The notes below the pieces were generated by a model. It saw nothing but the letters and a program-made list of their open reading frames with translations, was not told where the DNA came from and did not search any database. Position numbers and translations under genes: made by a program. From Silvanigrellaceae bacterium (lineage in GTDB: Bacteria; Bdellovibrionota_B; Oligoflexia; Silvanigrellales; Silvanigrellaceae), in contig JBIIVH010000005.1 in NCBI GenBank assembly GCA_044339525.1, positions 8,746 to 72,745 of the forward strand: 64,000 nt of DNA, in the 5' to 3' direction. Positions 56,742 through 64,000 of the stretch are shown in pieces. Position 1 is the first letter of the stretch; every line of letters starts with the position of its first letter.

Positions 56742-58685
56742 ATGCTTAATTTAAAGGCATTTCTGTTTTTACTCCCCTCCCTTCCCCTGATTCAATGCGG
56801 AGGCTCTCAAACTCCGGAATCGCAAGTCCAAATCATTGGAGGAAGCACACAACTCACACCTGAAAATCCGGCTTCCCATTCCACAGTGGCGTTGGCACTT
56901 TATCACCCTGAGCTAAAAAAATGGACCCCGTTTTGTTCGGGAACTCTCATTGGATCTCAAACTCTTGTTACCGCCAATCACTGCTTGAAGTTTGAACTCA
57001 CCAGCCATTTGTTTAATTCCACCAACATTCGGGTGATGTTCACTAACCCTAAAAACCAATCTCAGGTAGAACTCAGGGAGGTGGATTCTCAATCCACTTT
57101 TCTGAATCAAGAGGAGTCCACACTTTACCCTCTTTACGATGTGGGTTGGGTTCGCTTTAAAGGATCCCTTCCGTTTGGTCACAAACCCATTGAAATTTGG
57201 AGCGGCATCCATCAGATCCAACCTAGTGAAGAGATCATGCTTGCCGGTTATGGTCGGTTTACCGAAGATATCGCGGTGGATGAACAGGTGGATGGCAAAA
57301 AACGATTCACCAAAACCATTTTTAACAAATACATGAATACAAATATTTCCCAGGGTCTAATTCTAACCGGTCCCACCCCAGGGAAGTCCTCTTGCCATGG
57401 AGACAGCGGCGGTTCTGCTTTTATTTTTAAAAACAAGAAATGGTACCTTTTGGGTCTCACCAACGGACTCTCCAGCCAACACCATGGTTCTAAATTCATG
57501 TGTTCCGACGGTTATGGTGTTTTTACTTTTGTGGGCGCCTACAAAACCTGGCTTTCCAGAAGCGCCCAATTGGATTTACCCAATGCCATCCCTTCCGAAG
57601 AAGTGGAGGTTTCCTTTGAAGACCCCAGGTCCTTCACGGATTTTGCCTCGCTTTGCCTTGCCAAAGACCTTCCCCGATCCACTCTCTACACCCTAAAGTT
57701 AATCATGGATGATTTAGAAAGCTATGACTGTTCCTTTGCATCGAAAAACCTAGATAAAGTAACAACTCTTAATGATTTTAGGGAACCCGATTCCGCGAGC
57801 TACGCCCCCCAATCCCTTCCCAGGGTGGAAGCGGATCTGCTCTCCTTTTTACCTAATTTGCAAAATCTAACCGTAATTAAGCTGGATCTAAAAAACAAGC
57901 CTTTACCTTCACTTCCTAAACTTTCTAATGTTTACATTAATGAGCTCTTCAACTTACCCACTGACTTTAGTTTGGAACAGAGCCCGGAAATCAGGTATCT
58001 CGATATCAATCGCTCTGGGTTTTTGAAAAAATTGGATTTGTCTAAAAATCTGAAGTTAGAGCATCTCAGTTTAACCAGCTCTTCCATTCAACAAATATCC
58101 GATCTCAAGGGTTTGGAATCCCTGCCTAACCTGCGAACCCTCTATTTAAATGACGGGGCACTCAAGGGTGTCTTAAACCTTCCGTTGCTACCTTCCTTGG
58201 AATCCCTAGCCATCACTCGCAATGAGGTCACAACCATCAAATCCCCAGTTCAACCTAGCATACAAGCCATATTTGCAGACAATAACTTTCTATCGAGCTT
58301 AGATTTCCTAGGACAATTTCCAAAACTACTGAGTCTTTACGCCACTCAAAATCGTTTAAGCGGGAAAACCTGTCCTGATTTGGGAAAAGAGGGTCACTGC
58401 GACATTTCCGAAAACCCACCTTACAAAACCATTCGCAATGCCACCATCACAGTGATTCATGACACGTACCTAAAGCCTTGGAACGATCAATCTAAGGTTT
58501 TAAATCCGGAATACCTGCTAAAACTCCCTAAGGGAACCGTCCTTCACGCCAGCTGGTTAGTTCCCTCTTCCCGACAATGGGATGAGAATCACCATGAGGT
58601 TTCCTTTCGTAGCCCAATAAAAGGTTTTCCTTATTATACAGGATTTTTGTATGGTCCCCATGTCAAGTGGGAAGTGAAGAAGTAA
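56742..58685 (+). CDS. secreted trypsin-like (S1) serine protease fused to leucine-rich repeats
   Basis: 647 aa with a signal peptide. IIGG..., TANHC (His) and GDSGGS (Ser) mark the protease domain. About 8 LRRs follow (LPNLQNLTVIKLDL..., LKLEHLSLTSSSI..., LPNLRTLYLNDGAL..., LPSLESLAITRNEV...), then a roughly 100-aa C-terminal domain. Confidence 0.75.
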   Translation: MLNLKAFLFLLPSLPLIQCGGSQTPESQVQIIGGSTQLTPENPASHSTVALALYHPELKKWTPFCSGTLIGSQTLVTANHCLKFELTSHLFNSTNIRVMFTNPKNQSQVELREVDSQSTFLNQEESTLYPLYDVGWVRFKGSLPFGHKPIEIWSGIHQIQPSEEIMLAGYGRFTEDIAVDEQVDGKKRFTKTIFNKYMNTNISQGLILTGPTPGKSSCHGDSGGSAFIFKNKKWYLLGLTNGLSSQHHGSKFMCSDGYGVFTFVGAYKTWLSRSAQLDLPNAIPSEEVEVSFEDPRSFTDFASLCLAKDLPRSTLYTLKLIMDDLESYDCSFASKNLDKVTTLNDFREPDSASYAPQSLPRVEADLLSFLPNLQNLTVIKLDLKNKPLPSLPKLSNVYINELFNLPTDFSLEQSPEIRYLDINRSGFLKKLDLSKNLKLEHLSLTSSSIQQISDLKGLESLPNLRTLYLNDGALKGVLNLPLLPSLESLAITRNEVTTIKSPVQPSIQAIFADNNFLSSLDFLGQFPKLLSLYATQNRLSGKTCPDLGKEGHCDISENPPYKTIRNATITVIHDTYLKPWNDQSKVLNPEYLLKLPKGTVLHASWLVPSSRQWDENHHEVSFRSPIKGFPYYTGFLYGPHVKWEVKK

Positions 58686-58777
58686 TTCCTGCCGTCACTT
58701 CGCCGTCTAGGCGAAAGTTTCTCCATGGGTTCCAAAAGATATGGCACCATTTGGAAAACAACATTAGGATCACTTCC

Positions 58778-59983
58778 ATGACCCCCCAGAAGCTCCTCCG
58801 AATTCTTGTGGCACTCAATTTTTTTTTGATTTTGGATTTCGTGATCCTCATGCCCCTGGGGCCCCAGGTGATGAAAGAACTTAACATATCCCCTGGGGCT
58901 TTTGGTTGGGTGGTTTCCTCTTACACCATCGCCGCTAGCCTGGCCGGACTGGTTTCTAGCGTTTGGATAGATGGGTTCAACCGGCGCACAGCCATTCTCG
59001 TTGTTTTTGCTATTTTTATTATAGCGACCTTCTTGTGTGGCTTAGCTCCCGGGTATGGGATTTTACTGGGGGGGAGATTTGCGGCTGGGTTTGCAGGGGG
59101 TATATTAAGTGGGCTTCTCGTAGCGGTGGTCTCCGAACTCTTTGCATTTGAACAACGTGGGGCCGCCATGGGCAAGCTCATGTCAGCCTTTTCCATGGCC
59201 AGCGTGGTGGGAATCCCTGCGGGATTGTACCTGGCGGGTTTTTCCGGGTGGCGCACTCCTTTTTTAGCTACGGCTGGGCTTGCTTTAGTGCCCTTCTATT
59301 TTGTTTTTCAAAAATTTCCCCCCATGGACGCCCATCTCACCTCAAACCAAAGTCATTCCCATCGATCTCTGGGAAAAATTCTCCAACACTGGTGGAATTT
59401 GGCTCGAGTTCCCGCCCATTTTTGGGCTTTGGTGCTCACCTTTTTTACGATGTCATCCCATTTTTTAATGGTTCCCTTATTGTCTACCTTTTTAACTCAA
59501 AATTTGGGTCTTAGCCAAACTCAGCTTCCCATGGTGTATTTAGTAGGGGGAGTGGCGACGTTTCTTAGCTCCCAGTGGATTGGAAAGCTTTCAGATCGTT
59601 TCGGAAAAAAAAGAGTGTTTTTGGTGGTGGCCATGTGCGCTTCACCCATTTTGCTTTTGACTGCCCATTTACCAATGGGAGTGACTCCTACACAAATCAT
59701 CCTTTGCACTACGGTGTTTATGGTGTTGGTTTCGGGAAGGATGGTGCCCGCTGTTACTTTAATTTCAGGGTCCGTGAGCGCGGAAAGCAGAGGTTCCTTT
59801 ATGGGGCTTCAAAATTTTGTGCAGCACGCGGCCCAGTCCATAGCCGCTGCGGCGGGAGGGGCGATTGTCCTCACCTCCCAAAGTGGCAGACTAGAGAATT
59901 TTGAATGGACTGGCATTGTGGCTTTTGTGTTGAATGTACTGGCGATAATGGCAACATCGAGAATGCGAGAAACGAATCGTTAA
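58778..59983 (+). CDS. MFS transporter
   Basis: Trimmed to the ATG at 58778 (MTPQKLLRILVALNFF...). About 12 TM segments and the MFS loop motif DGFNRR. Confidence 0.75.
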   Translation: MTPQKLLRILVALNFFLILDFVILMPLGPQVMKELNISPGAFGWVVSSYTIAASLAGLVSSVWIDGFNRRTAILVVFAIFIIATFLCGLAPGYGILLGGRFAAGFAGGILSGLLVAVVSELFAFEQRGAAMGKLMSAFSMASVVGIPAGLYLAGFSGWRTPFLATAGLALVPFYFVFQKFPPMDAHLTSNQSHSHRSLGKILQHWWNLARVPAHFWALVLTFFTMSSHFLMVPLLSTFLTQNLGLSQTQLPMVYLVGGVATFLSSQWIGKLSDRFGKKRVFLVVAMCASPILLLTAHLPMGVTPTQIILCTTVFMVLVSGRMVPAVTLISGSVSAESRGSFMGLQNFVQHAAQSIAAAAGGAIVLTSQSGRLENFEWTGIVAFVLNVLAIMATSRMRETNR

Positions 59984-60150
59984 GCGGAAAATCTAAATTC
60001 ACGTCTTAAGGCAGAAACAAGACAGATCCCACTTGTTTTTGGGATACGTTTTAGGCATCATTACTCTAACAAAAATAAACAAACACTCGTTTTATTACAA
60101 AATTTAGTCCAATTTGAAACGAATTTCAGTCTTTTTTGAGAGGTGGAAAA

Positions 60151-60495
60151 GTGAAATCCAGTTTTGTTGTAAAAAGCTTAATGATGTTCCTACCCTTATC
60201 CTGCATCAAATGGAAAGAATCCAAAACGTCCACCAAAACCGTGGAGCCTCAAAACAGCAGGCCCCAACTGGTTGTTTTGGTAATTGTGGATCAGATGCGG
60301 GCAGATTATCTCGATCGGTTTAAACCTATCTTATTGGACCAGTCTAATAGGGAGGTAAAGGGACTTTTGGAATTCAACTCGGAATCGAATCCGAAAGTGT
60401 TCGTGCCGACGAACATCGCTCCTACCATTTTAGACCTACTGGGAATGAAGGATGGCAGCGCCATGACGGGAAAATCAGTTAGAGACAAACTTTAA
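60151..60495 (+). pseudogene. internally deleted remnant of an alkaline-phosphatase-superfamily (phosphodiesterase/NPP-like) lipoprotein
   Basis: GTG at 60151 after GAGGTGG, then signal plus LPLSC. The N-terminal metal-site motif VLVIVDQMRADYLDRF is joined within about 30 aa to the family C-terminal motif NIAPTILDLLGM...GKS. Total length is about 114 aa, against the 400-550 aa usual for the family. Confidence 0.5.
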
Positions 60496-60509
60496 AGGAG
60501 AAATCCAGA

Positions 60510-62498
60510 GTGACCTCATTCAACACACGACCGCAGTTCCTTTTTAAAACCCTTTGTGTAGGGTTACTTTGGACCCAGATTACGCACTGCAAAACACGAA
60601 GCTCTCTGCAGAAAAGCACCCCAAATACCTCCCAGGGTAACACCACCTCCATGGCACAAGAAGACTCTTTTTTTGCAGGCTGTTCGAATTTCGCATCTCC
60701 CGCTCTCCTGGAGGAATGGAAAAAAGCTGCCTTTAATGGCGCTGGTAACCCCAACCAGAAGTTTGCAGTGATCGGACTTAATGATTTTCATGGACATCTC
60801 GAAGAAGAGACGGTTACTTTATCAATGGGCAACCAATCCCTAAATACCAAAGTGGGAGGGGTGGGTACCATGGTCTCTTATTTTGAAATTCTATGTGAAC
60901 ACTATAAAGGAAGCGTTATATTACTGGATGCTGGGGACGCCTATCAGGGGACACTCGTTTCAAATTTATCAAAAGGACGGGCAATTATATCCGCATTTAA
61001 CGAGCTTGGAATTCATGCCAGTACGTTTGGAAACCATGAATTTGATTTTGGCCAAGAAACCCTCAAACAAATTTTAAACTCAGATCGAAAATTCTATTAC
61101 CTTAGTTCCAGCCTGAAAGATTCCAACCAACCCGCCGAAATGCCATGGAAAAAAGAGGGTTTCTCCAGGTATGCTCCCTCGCTTTTGCTCACGGTGGGTA
61201 AAATAAAAGTGGGAATTGTGGGATTTACCACTCCATCCACTCCTTTTAAGGTCTACCCTGAAAACGTCAAAGGACTCACTTTTTTGGAGGCCACAGCCAA
61301 ATTGCAAGATGACTCCATGGGCGTTTTAGCGGCGGAATCGGAAAGGTTAAGAGCCTCAGGGGCCCAATATTTGATTTTACTGGCCCATGCCGGCGGAGAA
61401 TGCGACATGAGTCGCCAAGCTTCAGAAGGGGAATCCGCTTGCAACCCAGTCAACGATGAGGCCTATGACTTTCTAAAAAACAAGGGAGGCTTTAGGCATT
61501 TTGATGCGGTGTTTGGAGGTCATTCCCATAATGCCCAGCGGCATTACATCAACGGTACTGCCCTCATGCAATCTAATGGTCAAGGTCAAAGCTTTTCCTA
61601 TCTGGAAGTGGAGATCAACTCCGACTCCCGGCCTCAAAGCCCCAAAAAAGAAAGAATCATTTCGGAGACTTTAAATGATCCCATTTTCTTTTGTTGGGAC
61701 CACTTCAAGGGATTCGATAGTTGCAATCCAAACTTAGTCAAATGGAACCGCACCTATCCTTCCACTTTATTTGCCTCTAGCCCCATTCAGCCCCAATTTC
61801 TTGGGAAAACTGTGAACCGGGAAGGCCCCGTTGCTCAAAAAGCTTTGAAAGTGATTAAGCCTTATTTAGATGCTGTAAACGCAGAAAAATCCAAGTTCAT
61901 TATCAATTTGCCCAATCGACTTCAACACGATCGAGTGGCAGAAAGTACCCTAGGTAATTGCATTACAGATGCAATCCATTTGTTTACTCAAAAAAATCAA
62001 AATAGCAACTCGCTCAGAGGCCTAAAAACGGATTTGGTGATGCTAAACTCCGGTGGAATTCGAAAGGAATTTCCGGCAGGAGACCTTACTTATAATGATA
62101 TTTTCACGTCGTTACCTTTTGATAACATGCTCATTTATGCCCAAGTGAATGGCCAAGAGCTTTTAGCACTCGCTCAATCTTTTGAAAAAAGTCCCGGTGA
62201 TATTCCATATGTTTCCTATCCATTTCAATTGGAAATGTCCAAAAAATCTGCGGCTCCATACACGCAAAAAATCCTTAAAGATCAGGTCTCCGTGGGACCC
62301 AACGACCGCTACGGAGTGGTTGTTTCCGATTTTTCCAGTCAATTTGTTAAAACGGTATTGGGGGAAGAAAAACTTGTTTCTCAAAGCCGCAGCCTGGGGG
62401 TTACGGTCCGAGACGCCGTGGCGTCTGGTTTAAAAAGCAAGCCTGCGCCCAGCAGTTGCCTTACTTCTAAATTAGGCAGAATCGCATGGGAGATCTAG
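60510..62498 (+). CDS. bifunctional metallophosphatase / 5'-nucleotidase (UshA-like)
   Basis: 662 aa with a GTG start after AAGGAG and a signal peptide. Motifs NDFHGHLE, DAGDAYQG and GNHEFDFG, plus a 5'-nucleotidase C-terminal domain. Confidence 0.8.
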   Translation: MTSFNTRPQFLFKTLCVGLLWTQITHCKTRSSLQKSTPNTSQGNTTSMAQEDSFFAGCSNFASPALLEEWKKAAFNGAGNPNQKFAVIGLNDFHGHLEEETVTLSMGNQSLNTKVGGVGTMVSYFEILCEHYKGSVILLDAGDAYQGTLVSNLSKGRAIISAFNELGIHASTFGNHEFDFGQETLKQILNSDRKFYYLSSSLKDSNQPAEMPWKKEGFSRYAPSLLLTVGKIKVGIVGFTTPSTPFKVYPENVKGLTFLEATAKLQDDSMGVLAAESERLRASGAQYLILLAHAGGECDMSRQASEGESACNPVNDEAYDFLKNKGGFRHFDAVFGGHSHNAQRHYINGTALMQSNGQGQSFSYLEVEINSDSRPQSPKKERIISETLNDPIFFCWDHFKGFDSCNPNLVKWNRTYPSTLFASSPIQPQFLGKTVNREGPVAQKALKVIKPYLDAVNAEKSKFIINLPNRLQHDRVAESTLGNCITDAIHLFTQKNQNSNSLRGLKTDLVMLNSGGIRKEFPAGDLTYNDIFTSLPFDNMLIYAQVNGQELLALAQSFEKSPGDIPYVSYPFQLEMSKKSAAPYTQKILKDQVSVGPNDRYGVVVSDFSSQFVKTVLGEEKLVSQSRSLGVTVRDAVASGLKSKPAPSSCLTSKLGRIAWEI

Positions 62499-62506
62499 TT
62501 AGCTAA

Positions 62507-63169
62507 TCATAAGGTGTTCCCGTTTTTTTTCCATATGGGTTGGCTTTCGCAGTTTTCAATGCCCACGAATGCCTTGGGAAGGCAAAGTGGAAAGGAGTTG
62601 AGCTCTTCCAAATGCCGAGTTGTTTTTTTCGGGTGGCCTTTCGGGGGGCCTGAAGTCAGCATGGGATGGCTTTTATTTAGAGCGATTCTTAGCGCGCCCG
62701 TATAGATCACTTGAGATCTCAATTTGGGATGGGATTGAGGGCTAAAACAGACTCCCATGTCGCAAAGTCCCTCTAGCACCTGGTGAATCACCTCCGCGGA
62801 TCGCAGGGAAAGCAAGGTCATCTGGGTGCTTTCCAGGGAGGGAAGCCTTTGAGACACGATTTCGGCCAACCCATGACTGGCGGAAATGGCAAAACGAGTC
62901 TGACTAAACCCGCCTTTGGAAGAAAAATCCTCTTTTAAAGCCAAAAACTGTTCCATCAACCTCTCAGACCTTGGCAAAAAGGCCCTGCCTGCCTGGGAAA
63001 GGACGATGTTTTTCCCTTGTTTTTCAAAAAAAGTTTGCCCGAGCTCTTCCTCCAAAGCAGCGATGGCATGACTGATGGCACTGGGACTCACCCTCAGCAC
63101 CCGCGAGGCTTTTCCGATGTGTTCTAGCTTTGCCGTTTCGATAAAATAAAGAATCTGATCAAAAGTCAT
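62507..63169 (-). CDS. LysR-family transcriptional regulator, C-terminally short
   Basis: 220 aa. HTH region ...ASRVLRVSPSAISHAIAALEEELG. The effector domain breaks off about 70-80 aa early. The stop lies 8 nt from the convergent 5'-nucleotidase stop. Confidence 0.6.
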   Translation of the reverse strand: MTFDQILYFIETAKLEHIGKASRVLRVSPSAISHAIAALEEELGQTFFEKQGKNIVLSQAGRAFLPRSERLMEQFLALKEDFSSKGGFSQTRFAISASHGLAEIVSQRLPSLESTQMTLLSLRSAEVIHQVLEGLCDMGVCFSPQSHPKLRSQVIYTGALRIALNKSHPMLTSGPPKGHPKKTTRHLEELNSFPLCLPKAFVGIENCESQPIWKKNGNTL

Positions 63170-63320
63170 TTTCCACCCTACCCTACTCCAATTTAAGTGA
63201 AAAAAATTATACAGATTATATGAAAATAAATCATTTTACTCAACAATAAAAATGAATTAAAAAAGGAATGGTAGTTTTTATCAAAGATTACCAATAACTC
63301 TTAATCCTTTGGAGACTCTA

Positions 63321-63776
63321 ATGAATTCTAAGGCCATCTTGCAACGCGTTGCGTCCCTGGTAACCCTTTTTGCATCGGGGTTTCTGGCATTTAGCCCTTT
63401 TACGGGCCAGGCTCAATCCTATCCTCCCAAGGCTTCCCGTCTGGCGCTAGAGTGCTTCACTCCAGTGGAAAATCCAGGGTCTACTCCAGAAGCCCGTTTG
63501 TTGGTCCTCACCCGGGACGGACAAGTGGAATCCGCCCAACTTTTGTTGGAGGGAGCTTCAGAGCAGACCTTTACCGAAATGTCCAAATCAACCATTTGGG
63601 ATTCGGGCTCTGAAATTTTTGGGCGCAATGAATCCACCACGATCCGCCTATCCGTTAAATCATTGGCTAACGTTTCCGGGTCTTCCAACCTCCAAACGGG
63701 CGAGCTTATCGTGGTCCTTCAGGTTCCAGCGCGCCAAAAGCTCACCATTCCCGTAAGTTGCCAGAGGTATCCTTAA
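63321..63776 (+). CDS. hypothetical secreted protein
   Basis: Start taken at the ATG at 63321 (GGAG 8 nt upstream). Signal peptide ...LFASGFLAFSPFTGQAQS. No motif recognised. Confidence 0.45.
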   Translation: MNSKAILQRVASLVTLFASGFLAFSPFTGQAQSYPPKASRLALECFTPVENPGSTPEARLLVLTRDGQVESAQLLLEGASEQTFTEMSKSTIWDSGSEIFGRNESTTIRLSVKSLANVSGSSNLQTGELIVVLQVPARQKLTIPVSCQRYP

Positions 63777-63791
63777 TCCTTTTGCCAAAGA

Positions 63792-64000
63792 TCAGAACGA
63801 CCGAATGAAGTTGGCGGGATCAACTTTTTTGCCGTTGATGCTCAGTTCGTAATGGAGGTGCGGACCGGTGGTACGGCCAGTCATGCCCACTTCCCCGATT
63901 TTTTGTCCTTTTTCGATGACATTTCCCACTTTTACGGTGATCAACCGGGCATGGGCGTAACGACTCACGAGGCCGTGACTGTGTTTGATTTCCACGTATT
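63792..64000 (-). CDS. M23 (LytM) family metallopeptidase, C-terminal part (N-terminus off window)
   Basis: The frame is open to the window edge. ...VEIKHSHGLVSRYAH..., GMTGRTTGPHLHYE (HxH motif), and ...VDPANFI. Confidence 0.8.
   Translation of the reverse strand, partial: YVEIKHSHGLVSRYAHARLITVKVGNVIEKGQKIGEVGMTGRTTGPHLHYELSINGKKVDPANFIRSF

Noticed and set aside
60015-60040. AAACAAG-N10-CTTGTTT hairpin after the MFS transporter gene as a terminator
   Set aside because: The stem is 7 bp and almost entirely A/T, the loop is 10 nt, and only two T remain after the stem. Too weak to call.
1-64000. Search for CRISPR arrays, IS elements or transposases, integrases, phage genes, rRNA/tRNA genes and defence-system hallmarks (nuclease/ATPase/TIR/SIR2-type genes)
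   Set aside because: No regularly spaced direct repeats, no transposase- or integrase-like ORFs, and no structured-RNA signatures were found by eye. The window looks like core chromosome with lineage-specific surface-protein genes rather than a mobile or defence island.

Overview
64-kb chromosomal window from a Gram-negative, flagellated bacterium with moderate GC (not computed). Many lineage-specific secreted or lipoprotein-like genes are present. A Bdellovibrionota/Oligoflexia-like origin is only a guess. I can support about 55 protein-coding genes and saw no rRNA, tRNA, CRISPR array, transposase or prophage genes. Recognisable content, left to right:
- Tat-signal Acg-like nitroreductase (partial), a PLP trans-sulfuration enzyme and greB.
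- An sGDH-like PQQ-dependent dehydrogenase carrying a CXXCH motif.
- A PQQ biosynthesis cluster (pqqBCDE on the - strand, plus a hidden pqqA on the + strand).
- fadIJ, mitochondrial-type aconitase, a four-gene envelope operon with an L,D-transpeptidase, and type III glutamine synthetase.
- Class I ribonucleotide reductase nrdAB and an aminotransferase.
- A 1180-aa BNR/Asp-box protein with a collagen-like segment.
- A GYF-PilZ protein and motAB, with a divergent OxyR-like regulator.
- Class II DAHP synthase and a galT-galK-GH42 galactose cluster.
- An S1 protease-LRR fusion, an MFS transporter, a 5'-nucleotidase and an M23 peptidase (partial).
Most interesting observations:
1. A 53-codon pqqA, below the ORF-track cutoff, lies on the opposite strand to pqqBCDE. 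It overlaps the pqqE 3' end and has a long N-terminal extension.
2. A two-member paralogous gene family in which one copy is interrupted by a single in-frame TAG exactly where the intact copy has Glu.
3. A small secreted protein whose predicted mature N-terminus is His (LPMO/X325-like histidine-brace candidate), translationally coupled to a lipoprotein gene.
4. Several truncated or remnant genes: an AP-superfamily remnant, the front half only of a kinase fold, a short LysR, and ambiguous frames after a vWA gene.
I found no convincing defence island or mobile element. Every homology statement comes from motif recognition by eye and needs HMM/BLAST confirmation.
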